A stretch of 64,000 bases of DNA from an uncultured Muribaculaceae bacterium (GTDB taxonomy: Bacteria > Bacillota_I > Bacilli_A > RF39 > UBA660), in assembly GCA_964513345.1 (NCBI GenBank), contig CAZELY010000003.1, forward strand, positions 9,371 to 73,370, in the 5' to 3' direction. The position numbers and the translations under genes were made by a program. Under the pieces are notes generated by a model. It was not told where the DNA came from. It did not search any database and saw nothing but the letters and a program-made list of their open reading frames with translations. Position 1 is the first letter of the stretch. Each line of letters opens with the position of its first letter. This document shows, piece after piece, positions 37,280 through 47,214 of this stretch.

Positions 37280-38395
37280 ATGAGAGGATTAAGAAGACAT
37301 AGAAATAGAAAACAAGTAAAAATAGTACTTTGTATGGCCATATGTTTATTAACTATCATGACAGTTGGCTATGCTGCTTTTAGTACTAATATTGGATTAA
37401 ACGCTAAGGGGAATTTGATAGAGTGCTATCAAAACAGAAAATGGGATTTTGATCATAAAAAAGAAGCTCAAGAAATTACCATTTCTTGCCCGGGAGTTTA
37501 TCTGTTTGAGCTGTGGGGCGCAGGAAACAATTATTCTGGCGGTGGTTATACTTCTGGTAAAATAAGCTTGCAAAGAAATGACAAATTTTATCTATATGTT
37601 GGTGAACAAGGCCATGATAATAACAGTGATACAATTGGGGGATGGAATGGTGGTGGCAACACCATTGCGACAACACAGGGTAAATCTGGAATGACTGGTA
37701 GTGGTTCAACTGATGTAAGGACAGTATCAGGTGACTGGGATAATTTTAATTCTTTAAAGTCAAGAATTATGGTTGCTGGAGGCGCTGGAGGAGTAGGAGG
37801 CGCAAACCAAGGTGCCAATGGTGGCGGCTTGGTTGGTTATGATGGATCCTCTACTAATACAGATTATTTAATTTATTTAGGTAAAGGTGGTACCCAAACA
37901 GCCGGAGGCGCTGCACCTACCAAATATGATGCTGCTCAATCTAATGGCACACCTGGTTTGTTTGGTAAAGGTGGCACCGGTGGCGCAAGTCGCGATGATA
38001 CTTCGACCGGTGGTGGCGGAGCTGGTGGTGGCGGCTACTTTGGTGGTTCAGGAGCCAGTGGACTTTCCAATGGCACGTTTGCTGCTGGTGGTGGATCATC
38101 ATTTATATCAGGGCATGTTGGTTGTATAGCTATTGATCAAAATTCTACTGAAAGTAATATTCAGCAAAGAAAAGGAACAAATAATGCAACTTGTGTAGAT
38201 AATTCCACTGATGTATTATGTTCACGTCATTATTCAAATTATATATTTACCGAAACTGAGATAATTGATGGTAAAGGTTATGGATGGACAAACAATATTG
38301 GAAGTTATGAAGGTCAACCACAACCAGATAGTACTATTGCTGCTGGACATATTGGTAATGGCCACGCTAGAATAACATTGATCTCACTTAATTAA
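37280..38395 (+). CDS. Secreted glycine-rich-domain protein with a TasA/SipW-type leader
   Basis: Leader ..TIMTVGYA|AFSTNIGLNAKGN. The body reads CPGVYLFELWGAG..GGGYTSG..LYVGEQG..GGWNGGG..GSGSTDVR..IMVAGGAGGVGG..GGGGAGGGGYFGGSGA..GGGSSFI, which resembles the bacterial 'glycine rich protein' family related to the ALK/LTK glycine-rich domain. Confidence 0.6.
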   Translation: MRGLRRHRNRKQVKIVLCMAICLLTIMTVGYAAFSTNIGLNAKGNLIECYQNRKWDFDHKKEAQEITISCPGVYLFELWGAGNNYSGGGYTSGKISLQRNDKFYLYVGEQGHDNNSDTIGGWNGGGNTIATTQGKSGMTGSGSTDVRTVSGDWDNFNSLKSRIMVAGGAGGVGGANQGANGGGLVGYDGSSTNTDYLIYLGKGGTQTAGGAAPTKYDAAQSNGTPGLFGKGGTGGASRDDTSTGGGGAGGGGYFGGSGASGLSNGTFAAGGGSSFISGHVGCIAIDQNSTESNIQQRKGTNNATCVDNSTDVLCSRHYSNYIFTETEIIDGKGYGWTNNIGSYEGQPQPDSTIAAGHIGNGHARITLISLN

Positions 38396-38516
38396 ATTAG
38401 TAGAGAATTAAATCTACTAATTTTCTTTTGTAAAATTATTATTAAATTAAAAAAATACTATACTTTTTTTAAAATAAATGTTAAAATGATAGTGTATTCA
38501 AATAGAGGGTGGTTAT

Positions 38517-38936
38517 GTGAAGTATTTAGGTTTGGATCTTGGAACAAGAACGCTCGGTATTGCCGTATCTGATATAACCAAAACTATTGCTTCTTCATTA
38601 AAAACCATTCATTTTTCGGAAGAAAATTATGAAGAGGCTATTGAAAAACTAATCCCTGTAATTGAAGAAGAAAAGGTTGAGTTGATAGTTTTAGGACTTC
38701 CTAAAAACATGAACAATTCAATTGGTCCACGGGCAGAGGTTACAATGGAGTTTAAAAAAATGCTTGAGGAGGCCTTTAATATTGAAGTAGTTATGCAGGA
38801 CGAAAGACTATCGACTAAAGAAGCCAGTAGTTATATGATAGAAGCTGACATGTCTAGAAAAAAAAGGAAGAAAAAAATAGACAGTTTAGCCGCTACTATA
38901 ATACTACAGACATATTTAGATAAAAGAAAGGATTGA
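38517..38936 (+). CDS. ruvX: Holliday junction resolvase-like nuclease RuvX/YqgF
   Basis: GTG start. YLGLDLGTRTLGIAVSD and DERLST. Confidence 0.9.
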   Translation: MKYLGLDLGTRTLGIAVSDITKTIASSLKTIHFSEENYEEAIEKLIPVIEEEKVELIVLGLPKNMNNSIGPRAEVTMEFKKMLEEAFNIEVVMQDERLSTKEASSYMIEADMSRKKRKKKIDSLAATIILQTYLDKRKD

Positions 38937-38940
38937 TAAT

Positions 38941-39255
38941 ATGCCAGAAAACACTGAATTACAAGAATTAAAATTTAAAGCCGTAGATGCGGAAGGAAGA
39001 CAAATCGATTGTGATGCTTTATTTATGTTTGAATCTCCAGAAACAGGAAAGAATTATATAGTTTATACTGATAATTCAATCGATGAAGAAGGTAATACTA
39101 GAGTATATGCTTCAATTTACAAACCTGAAGATTTAAAAATGAATGAGGGCGAAGAATTAGCTGCTTTAGAACTTATTCCTATTGAAACAGATAAAGAATG
39201 GAAGATTATTGAAACTATTTTAGAAGAAATGCAAAATGAAGTAGAAGAAGCATAA
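38941..39255 (+). CDS. DUF1292 (YrzB-like) protein
   Basis: An acidic 104-aa protein in the conserved position between ruvX and mltG. YIVYTDNSIDEEGNTRVYASIY pattern. Confidence 0.7.
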   Translation: MPENTELQELKFKAVDAEGRQIDCDALFMFESPETGKNYIVYTDNSIDEEGNTRVYASIYKPEDLKMNEGEELAALELIPIETDKEWKIIETILEEMQNEVEEA

Positions 39256-39260
39256 GCACT

Positions 39261-40340
39261 GTGAAAAGACGTAAGTTTTCATTTAGAAAAACTGCACTAT
39301 TTTTTATAGTGCTTATTCTTTTGATAATCCTTGTTTTTTTAGGACTTTATAAATTTAATACATCTAGTGTTGGTGGTAATGACAAAGCTATTAGTATTGC
39401 AGTTGAAAAAGGTGACAATTACTATACGATTGCCAGCAAATTAAAAAACAAAGATTTAATAAGATCTGAATTCTTCTATAAAATCTTCTTAAAACTTCAT
39501 AAACCAAGCAAATTAGTTTTGGGTGAATATGATTTAAATAAATCAATGAATGTCTCAAAAATAGTAGAAACTTTATCTGATGAGAAAAATGTTAAGAAAA
39601 ACATTGTTAAATTAACTTTAAAAGAAGGTACAAATGTTAGACAAATGGCTAAAGCTATTGAAGAAAAAACTGGCATTAAAGCTGACGATTTCTTAAATAA
39701 AATTAATGACGAGACGTATATAAATACATTGATTGACAAGTATTGGTTTATTACCGATGCAGTTAAAAACCCACAAATATATTATGATTTAGAGGGATAT
39801 TTATATCCAGATACATATATATTCGAAGATAATCAAATGACTATAGATATAATATTATCAACAATTTTAAAAAATACTGACAAAAAACTTACAGAGTTAA
39901 AATCGGATATTGAAAAAAGTGGATATTCTGTTCACCAAATATTAACAATGGCCTCTTTAGTAGAATTAGAGGCGGTAACAGAAAGCGATAGAAAAACTGT
40001 GGCTGGTGTATTTTACAATCGTTTAAACAATAAATGGAGCTTAGGCAGTGATGTAACAACATATTATGCTTCTAAAAAATCAATGACCGAAGCATTGACT
40101 GGTGATGATTTAAATGCTTGCAATGGCTATAATACGAGATGTAAAACTATGCAGGGTCTACCAGTTGGACCGATTGCCAATTCATCATTAACTGCAATTA
40201 AGGCCGCAATTAATCCTGAAAAGACAGATTATTATTATTTTGTCGCCGATAGTTCAAAAAAAGTATATTTTACAAAAAATGCCACCGAACACGCGAATAT
40301 CATTGCGAAACTTAAAAAGGAAGGCAAATGGATAGGTTAG
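39261..40340 (+). CDS. mltG: Endolytic murein transglycosylase MltG (YceG-like)
   Basis: N-terminal TM, LysM-like region, and ASLVELEA plus GLPVGPIANSS motifs. Confidence 0.9.
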   Translation: MKRRKFSFRKTALFFIVLILLIILVFLGLYKFNTSSVGGNDKAISIAVEKGDNYYTIASKLKNKDLIRSEFFYKIFLKLHKPSKLVLGEYDLNKSMNVSKIVETLSDEKNVKKNIVKLTLKEGTNVRQMAKAIEEKTGIKADDFLNKINDETYINTLIDKYWFITDAVKNPQIYYDLEGYLYPDTYIFEDNQMTIDIILSTILKNTDKKLTELKSDIEKSGYSVHQILTMASLVELEAVTESDRKTVAGVFYNRLNNKWSLGSDVTTYYASKKSMTEALTGDDLNACNGYNTRCKTMQGLPVGPIANSSLTAIKAAINPEKTDYYYFVADSSKKVYFTKNATEHANIIAKLKKEGKWIG

Positions 40341-40897
40341 AGAAATATGCTAAAGAAAACAAAATTCCCATTATGCAAAAGGATGGGATTTTGTTTTTAA
40401 CTAATTATATTAAAAAAAACAACATAACTAAAATATTAGAAATTGGAACAGCAATTGGATATTCGGCAATAAATATGGCATTAGTTTCTAAAGATATTGA
40501 AGTCACAACAATTGAAAGAGATGAAAATAGATATAAAGAAGCTATCAAAAACATCAAAGAATTTAACGTAGAGAAACAAATTAAAGTTATTTTAGGTGAT
40601 GCTTTAGAAACAAATATTAGCGGTAAATACGATTTAATATTTATTGATGCAGCAAAAGCTCAATATATAAAATTTTTTGAAAAATATAAACACAATTTAA
40701 ATAAAAATGGTGTTATTATATCAGATAATTTAGATTTTCATGGGCTTACTCATGAAGATGTTATTATCAAAAACAAAAATTTAAAACAATTAGTTAAAAA
40801 AATTAATAATTATAAAGCCTTTTTAAAAGAAAACAAGGAATTCACTACTGATTTCATAGAAATTGGTGATGGAATTGGAATTAGTAGGAAAATTTAA
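40328..40897 (+). CDS. trmR: SAM-dependent O-methyltransferase (TrmR/YrrM-like)
   Basis: Class I methyltransferase motif ILEIGTAIGYS, FIDAAK, and synteny with mltG and the U32 genes. Confidence 0.75.
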   Translation: MDRLEKYAKENKIPIMQKDGILFLTNYIKKNNITKILEIGTAIGYSAINMALVSKDIEVTTIERDENRYKEAIKNIKEFNVEKQIKVILGDALETNISGKYDLIFIDAAKAQYIKFFEKYKHNLNKNGVIISDNLDFHGLTHEDVIIKNKNLKQLVKKINNYKAFLKENKEFTTDFIEIGDGIGISRKI

Positions 40898-40974
40898 TTT
40901 TTGAAAAATTAAAAAAAAGTTAAAAAAAAAGTAAAATTATGATATACTTAATAGTAGGGAGAGGGGCATGTCAT

Positions 40975-41853
40975 ATGAATAGTTCAAAATTAAAAGCCAA
41001 AGCAAGAAAAAATTTAAAGAAAAATTTATATCCATTTACAATCGCAACAACTATATTTATTGCTTTAATATTGTTTTGCTCATTAATCGGATTTATTGTT
41101 CAAAAGGATTGGTTAGCATCATTATTAATGATTGTTGTTGAAGGATTGTTCATGATGGGATTAATTAGAATGGCTAATAAAACAGCTGACAATAAGACAG
41201 TAACGATAAATGATTTTTCATCTAGGACGGAGTTGTTTTTCAAATATATTGGTCTATATTTGGTAATATTCTTTATTATATTTGTACTTTTCTTATTACT
41301 TACGATTGCCTTTAAATCATTAGTTGCTATTATGTTCTATCATGGCGAAATCTCAATGGCTTTATCAATATTTATGATTGCTTTAGGACTACTTTTAGTC
41401 GTTGCCATATTACTAGTTACCCTATATATTGGTATTTCATTTTCACAAGTATTATTTATTTTAGATGAAGAACCAAAACTTTCAATTAGAGAAATTCTTG
41501 GTAGGAGCTTTGATTTAACAGAAGGTTATGCCGTTGATTATTTTAGTCTTCTTTTGAGTTTCATTGGTTGGTTTATATTAGGCATATTGACCTTGGGAAT
41601 TTTATTTATTTGGATTGCACCATATATGATGGTTACAATGGCTTGTTTCTATCAACAGCTAAAAAAAGACTATCAAAAATACATAGGAAAGCAAAAAGTT
41701 GAAAAAATTATAAATGATGCTGATGCTTTAGAAGCAACAATAACCGAAAAAATAGAAGAGGTTAAAGAAACAACAACTAAAAAAACTGTAAAGCCAAAAA
41801 CCTCAAAGGCAAAGCCAAAAACATCAAAGGCAAAATCAAAAAAAACAAAATAG
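40975..41853 (+). CDS. DUF975-family membrane protein with a Lys-rich repeated tail
   Basis: A start at MNSSKLKAKARKNLKKNLYP is typical of DUF975. The tail KPKTSKAKPKTSKAKSKKTK is encoded by tandem roughly 18-nt repeats. Confidence 0.6.
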   Translation: MNSSKLKAKARKNLKKNLYPFTIATTIFIALILFCSLIGFIVQKDWLASLLMIVVEGLFMMGLIRMANKTADNKTVTINDFSSRTELFFKYIGLYLVIFFIIFVLFLLLTIAFKSLVAIMFYHGEISMALSIFMIALGLLLVVAILLVTLYIGISFSQVLFILDEEPKLSIREILGRSFDLTEGYAVDYFSLLLSFIGWFILGILTLGILFIWIAPYMMVTMACFYQQLKKDYQKYIGKQKVEKIINDADALEATITEKIEEVKETTTKKTVKPKTSKAKPKTSKAKSKKTK

Positions 41854-41900
41854 TAGCAATGTCTACTATTTTTTGATATAATTACACCTGAGGTGTAATT

Positions 41901-42710
41901 ATGTTAGTTTCAGCAGTTGTTAAGTCAGTAAATCAAGCCAAGAAACTAGAAAATTTAGTTTCTAGTTTTATTGTGCCTTTAGATGATTTAAGTGTCAATT
42001 ATGAAAAAACTTTATCATTAAGTGATGCTAAAGAAGTAAATAATATTAAAAAATCATTTATCGTTTTAAATAAAAATATTCATAATAATGAACTGAATAA
42101 ATTAGAAGAAACTTTAAAAGAAATTGAAAAAATGGATTTCTTGGGTATAATTTTTTATGATATTTCATTAATTAATTTAAAACAAAAATTAAATCTCGAA
42201 ACACCTCTTGTTTGGGCTCAAGAGCACTTAACTACGAACTATGGAACGGCAAATTATTGGTATGAGCATGGATCAGAGTATGCTTATTTATCATCAGAAC
42301 TTACAAAGAAGGAACTTGATGAAATTGCCTCAAAAACTAAAGCTAAAACATTAGTAAATGTTTTTGGTTATTTACCGATGTTTACTTCCAGAAGACATTT
42401 AGTAAATAATTATATGGAAAACTTTAACCTAGAAGATAATCATCAAAAGCACTTATTTAAAGAAGACAAAAATTATATAATTCAAGATAAAAACTACGGA
42501 ACAACTGTATTTTCTGATTATATATTAAATGCTTTAGACGAAGATTTTAGTAAGTTTGATTATATTGTTTTTAATAGTAATTATATTAGCGATAGCGATT
42601 TTTATGAAGTCCTTTTAAACTATAAAGAAAATAAAAAAGAATATAAATTTCCTTTTAATCATGGTTTTTTATATCAAGAAACTATATATAGGGTGAAAAA
42701 AGATGCGTAA
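41901..42710 (+). CDS. Peptidase U32 family protein (YrrN/TrhP1-like)
   Basis: U32-like core (VFGYLPMFTSRRHL) and synteny with the next gene. Confidence 0.6.
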   Translation: MLVSAVVKSVNQAKKLENLVSSFIVPLDDLSVNYEKTLSLSDAKEVNNIKKSFIVLNKNIHNNELNKLEETLKEIEKMDFLGIIFYDISLINLKQKLNLETPLVWAQEHLTTNYGTANYWYEHGSEYAYLSSELTKKELDEIASKTKAKTLVNVFGYLPMFTSRRHLVNNYMENFNLEDNHQKHLFKEDKNYIIQDKNYGTTVFSDYILNALDEDFSKFDYIVFNSNYISDSDFYEVLLNYKENKKEYKFPFNHGFLYQETIYRVKKDA

Positions 42711-43896
42711 GATTGAATTATTGGCCCCTGCAGGGGATATAGAAAGGCTTAAAATAGCCTTAATGTATGGCGCTGATGCGGTTTACATTGGCGGACTTTA
42801 TAGTTTAAGGGCAAATGCTGATAATGGTACTATTGATGAGTTAAAAGAGGGTATAGATTATGCGCATAGGTTGAATAAAAAAGTTTATGTTACTGTAAAT
42901 ATTGCGATGCATAATCAAGAGTTGAATCAAATTAAAGATTATTTAATTGAATTAGACAAAATAAAAGCTGACGCTATTATAATTAGCGATCCAGCTATTA
43001 TAAAAATTGCTAGAAAATATACTAATTTAAACATTCATTTATCAACTCAAGCGTCTTCTTTAAATAAAGAAGCAATTGAATTTTGGAAAAACGAAGGTGT
43101 TAGCCGTGTCGTTTTGGCACGTGAATGTACGAAAGAAGACATAGAAGACATTAAAAAGAATGTTGATATTGAGCTTGAAACATTCATTCATGGAGCCATG
43201 TGTGCTTCATATAGTGGTAGATGTGTTCTTTCCAATTTTTTAACTAATCGCGACTCTAATAGGGGTGGATGTAGTCAAATATGTAGATGGGATTTTGATT
43301 TAATTGGTAAAGAACCATTAAAAGGTGAAAAACCATTTACCTTCTGCACAAAAGATTTATCATTACTTAAATATATTCCAGATTTAATCGATATGGGTGT
43401 TGATAGCCTAAAAATAGAAGGACGTATGAGATCAAGTTATTATATTGCCACAGTTATTAGAACATATCGAAAGGTTATCGATGAATATATGCATAATAAA
43501 GAAAATTATAAATATAATATTTTATATGAGAAGATACTTCGAAGATGCGCTAATCGCGATTCTGTCCCGCAATTTTTTGATGGTTCATTCGATAAAAACA
43601 CTCAATACTATAATGGTAGAGTAGAGCTTACAAATCAAGATTTTTTAGCCGAAGTACTCGCATATGACGAAAAAAGTTCTATGGCCAAATTACAACAAAG
43701 AAATTATTTTAAAAAGGGTGATAAAGTAACGATTTTTGGCCCTAAAGATGAATTTTCTTTTGAAATAGATGAAATATATGATGAGGACATGAATTTGATT
43801 GATATTGTTCGCCATCCTAAGCAAATTATTTATATAAAAATGCCATGTAATGTCGGTAAAAATTATATGTTAAAAAAATTCTTGACAAACGACTAA
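42703..43896 (+). CDS. Peptidase U32 family protein (YrrO/TrhP2-like, tRNA ho5U pathway)
   Basis: The U32 signature ETFIHGAMCASYSGRCVLS and EGRMRS. Confidence 0.8.
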   Translation: MRKIELLAPAGDIERLKIALMYGADAVYIGGLYSLRANADNGTIDELKEGIDYAHRLNKKVYVTVNIAMHNQELNQIKDYLIELDKIKADAIIISDPAIIKIARKYTNLNIHLSTQASSLNKEAIEFWKNEGVSRVVLARECTKEDIEDIKKNVDIELETFIHGAMCASYSGRCVLSNFLTNRDSNRGGCSQICRWDFDLIGKEPLKGEKPFTFCTKDLSLLKYIPDLIDMGVDSLKIEGRMRSSYYIATVIRTYRKVIDEYMHNKENYKYNILYEKILRRCANRDSVPQFFDGSFDKNTQYYNGRVELTNQDFLAEVLAYDEKSSMAKLQQRNYFKKGDKVTIFGPKDEFSFEIDEIYDEDMNLIDIVRHPKQIIYIKMPCNVGKNYMLKKFLTND

Positions 43897-43947
43897 TTGT
43901 GTAGTATCATTTTGTGAAGTCAAGACATTAGAAGCGAGGTGAATGAC

Positions 43948-44412
43948 ATGACTGAAAAAACATATGTAACTAAAGAGGGCTTTGAAAATATGAAAAAAGA
44001 ATTAGAAATGTTACAAACTGAAAAAAGACCTCAAGTTATCGAAGCACTAAAAGAAGCTCGTGCACTTGGCGACTTAAGTGAAAACGCTGAATATGATGCT
44101 GCTAGAACTGAACAAGCGGAAGTTGAAGCTCGTATTGTAACTTTAACTAGAATGATTGAAAATGCTGAAGTTATTGAAGAAGCTGGTACTGATGAAGTTT
44201 CAATTGGAAACATCGTTGAAATAGAATATACAGAAGATAAAGAAAGGGAAACTTATACTATTGTAGGTAGTTCAGAAGCCGATCCTTTTGCTAACAAAAT
44301 TTCTAATGAATCTCCAATTGCGATAGCTATTATGGGTAAGAAAAAAGGTGAAAAAGCCAAAGTAGCTAGCCCAAATGGTGAGTATGAAGTAAAAATCATT
44401 AAAATTAAATAG
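43948..44412 (+). CDS. greA: Transcription elongation factor GreA
   Basis: ALKEARALGDLSENAEYDAAR. The ATG at 43948 follows GAGGTGA. Confidence 0.9.
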   Translation: MTEKTYVTKEGFENMKKELEMLQTEKRPQVIEALKEARALGDLSENAEYDAARTEQAEVEARIVTLTRMIENAEVIEEAGTDEVSIGNIVEIEYTEDKERETYTIVGSSEADPFANKISNESPIAIAIMGKKKGEKAKVASPNGEYEVKIIKIK

Positions 44413-44520
44413 ACCAAATTGGTCTTTTTTTTTATTTTTTGGTGAATTTTACTTTTTAAAATTGAAAAAAATTGGTATAATTAAAATGATAGTATTAAAG
44501 TAGTGCAAAGGGGCGATTCT

Positions 44521-46923
44521 ATGTATAACTTAGGCGAGCATTTCAAAATTGATATGGAAAAAGCCAAAGCCAATGAAAAAAGTATTATCGCTGGCGATAA
44601 ATACCGTTTTACTGTTTTATCACCAAGATTAATACGTTTGGAATATAATATTGGTGGCGATTTTTTAGATAATCCAACGGAATTTGCTTTGTATCGTAAT
44701 TTTGATCCAGTTTCATTTGATTCTAAGGATACATCTTCAACTGTCGAAATAAGCACAAAATATTTTAAGTTAACCTATACTAAAAATGCGGTATTTGAAG
44801 GAAATAAAGTTAATCCATATGCCAATTTAAAAGTTGAATTGATCGGTACTGATAGATCATGGTACTATGGCTCAGATGAAATTCGTAATTTTAAAGTTCC
44901 TTCTGGCAATCTTGAAAAAGAAGTTTTAAATGGACGTGGATTATATTCGGCTGATGGTATAGCGAGTTTTAATGACTCTGCTTCTTTAGCATTTAACGAA
45001 GATGGTACAGTCAATGTCCGCACGGATAATAGTACTGATGTTTATTTATTTATGTATGGTAAAGATTACGAAGAAGCCCTACAAGATTATTATAAATTAA
45101 CTGGCTATCCAGCCTTAATTCCAAGATTTGCATTAGGAAATTGGTGGAGTAGAAATATTTCATATGATGATTTAGAATTAAAAGATCTTGTGGATACTTT
45201 TGAGAAAAAAGAAATTCCGATTTCAATAGTTTTGCTTAATCAAGAATGGCATAAGAAAAAAATGAATGGTAAAAAAGCCTTGCATACAGGATTTACTTTT
45301 AATAATGAATATTTTAAAAATCCAACTGCGATGCTTAATTATTTACACTCTAAAAATATTCATCTAGGATTAAATGTTAATCCATTAGAAGGTCTTACAG
45401 ACGTTGATACATATTATAGTGAAGCCATTAAATTTATTGAAACGGATAAAGATGGCGTTATACCATTCAATGCATTAAATCCGAAATTTATTGATGCTTA
45501 TTTGAAATTATTTATTCATCCACTTGATATGTTGGGTATTGATTTTTTCTGGTTAGATGCCTATAGCGATAGTAAGCTAGTAGAATTATCATTATTAAAG
45601 CATTATCAGTTTTATGACACGTCAAGGGACTATAAACGTTGTTCCTTAGTTCTAGCGCCAGATACGAAGATTGCGCCTCACCGTTATCCTGTACTTTATT
45701 CGGGACAAACTACTGTTAGTTGGGATACTCTTAAAAAAGTTCCATTTTATAATGCTTCAGCATTTAATAATGGAGTGAGTTTTTGGGCCCATGATATTGG
45801 TGGATATCATAAAGGTGCTGAAGATGGCGAACTTTATACAAGATTTGTCCAATTAGGAACTTTTTCACCAATTTTAAAATTTGGTGTAGAAAAAGGGAAA
45901 TATTATAAGCGTGAACCATGGCTTTGGGATATTAAAACATATACAATTGTTAAAGATTATTTACAGCTTCGTCATAAATTAATTCCATACATTTATAGTG
46001 AAGCTTATAAATATCATAAATTTGGTTTACCTTTAGTAAAACCAGTCTATTTTACTAATCCAGAATTTTATGATGACGTTTTATATCGTAATGAATATTA
46101 CTTTGGTGGTGAATTATTGGTTTGTCCAATAGTCTCTAAAAAGGATTATGTCATGAATAGGGTTGTTCATAATTTCCATGTTCCCGATGGTATGTGGTAC
46201 GATTTTGTGACTGGTAAAAAATTCCCTGGTGGGCATAATTATATTTCGTTCTTTAAGGATGAAGATTATCCAGTGTTCGCTCGTTCAGGAGCTATTATTC
46301 CAATGGGAACTAATGAGAACATTAATGATACAACGCCACCTACGGATATGGAAATTCATATTTTCCCAGGTCAGAACAATACCTATACATTATTTGAAGA
46401 TGATGGGTTAAGTGATTTATATCGTAAAGATTTCTACTTACTTACGGAAATTGAATATAATTATCTTCCAAATAATTACAGCGTAATTATTAGGTCTAAA
46501 GAAGGTAAGAGTGGTATTGTCCCAGACAAGAGGAATTACAAAATTGTCTTTAGAAATACAAAACGTACTGAAGATGTAACGATTTATAGTAATCAAGATA
46601 AAGTATCATTTAAAACTTACGTCGATGGACCTGATTTCATTATTGAAGTTGAAAACATTAAAACTGTTGGTCAGTTAACAATTAACTGTAAGGGTAATGA
46701 TATTGAAATTGATGCGGCTTATCTTATTAACAAAGATGTTGAAAGTATTATTAATGATTTATTAATTCCAACTGAGATGAAAGAAATCATTGATGGTATA
46801 CTATTTAGTAATTTGTCAATTCAAAAGAAACGTATTGAAATAAGAAAACTTGGTAAAAAAGGTTTGGAGAAAAAATTTATTCGTATGTTTATTAAATTAC
46901 TGGAGTATATTAATACAATTTAA
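44521..46923 (+). CDS. Glycoside hydrolase family 31 protein (alpha-glucosidase/xylosidase-like)
   Basis: LTGYPALIPRFALGNWWSRN, GIDFFWLDA and FWAHDIGGY are GH31-type catalytic-region patterns. Confidence 0.7.
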   Translation: MYNLGEHFKIDMEKAKANEKSIIAGDKYRFTVLSPRLIRLEYNIGGDFLDNPTEFALYRNFDPVSFDSKDTSSTVEISTKYFKLTYTKNAVFEGNKVNPYANLKVELIGTDRSWYYGSDEIRNFKVPSGNLEKEVLNGRGLYSADGIASFNDSASLAFNEDGTVNVRTDNSTDVYLFMYGKDYEEALQDYYKLTGYPALIPRFALGNWWSRNISYDDLELKDLVDTFEKKEIPISIVLLNQEWHKKKMNGKKALHTGFTFNNEYFKNPTAMLNYLHSKNIHLGLNVNPLEGLTDVDTYYSEAIKFIETDKDGVIPFNALNPKFIDAYLKLFIHPLDMLGIDFFWLDAYSDSKLVELSLLKHYQFYDTSRDYKRCSLVLAPDTKIAPHRYPVLYSGQTTVSWDTLKKVPFYNASAFNNGVSFWAHDIGGYHKGAEDGELYTRFVQLGTFSPILKFGVEKGKYYKREPWLWDIKTYTIVKDYLQLRHKLIPYIYSEAYKYHKFGLPLVKPVYFTNPEFYDDVLYRNEYYFGGELLVCPIVSKKDYVMNRVVHNFHVPDGMWYDFVTGKKFPGGHNYISFFKDEDYPVFARSGAIIPMGTNENINDTTPPTDMEIHIFPGQNNTYTLFEDDGLSDLYRKDFYLLTEIEYNYLPNNYSVIIRSKEGKSGIVPDKRNYKIVFRNTKRTEDVTIYSNQDKVSFKTYVDGPDFIIEVENIKTVGQLTINCKGNDIEIDAAYLINKDVESIINDLLIPTEMKEIIDGILFSNLSIQKKRIEIRKLGKKGLEKKFIRMFIKLLEYINTI

Positions 46924-46989
46924 AGACTTTATAAAAAGTCTTTTTGTTTATACTTGAATTAAACTTTAATTTGTACTATAATTATTTTA

Positions 46990-47200
46990 ATTGCGATGAA
47001 TAAGAGTAGTAATAATTTATTTGTTTTAAAGAGAGAAAACGGTTGGTGAAAGTTTTTAAATAAAGGTTATGAACTTACTTAGGAGCTGCATATATGATAA
47101 GTATATGCCGTATGTGGTGCGTTAAACTATTGAGATAATTAAAGCATTATAAAATAAGGTGGTACCACGTTCAATACGTCCTTATGCATAATGCTTTTTA
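46990..47200 (+). promoter_or_regulatory. T-box leader (Leu, specifier CUU)
   Basis: Promoter TTGAAT-17 nt-TATAAT (46954-46982). Stem I elements AGAGA and GGTTGGTGAAAG, a GAA-CUU-A specifier at 47071-47077, the T-box AAGGTGGTACCACG at 47156-47169, and a terminator ending in TTTTT. Confidence 0.85.
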
Positions 47201-47214
47201 TATTAGGAGGACTT

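Noticed and set aside
37476-38129. ORFs 37476-37709 (-), 37588-37818 (-) and 37887-38129 (+) inside the glycine-rich gene.
   Set aside because: They are a by-product of the GGN-rich coding sequence, whose alternative frames lack stop codons. Their Pro/Ala/Val-rich translations carry no signals.
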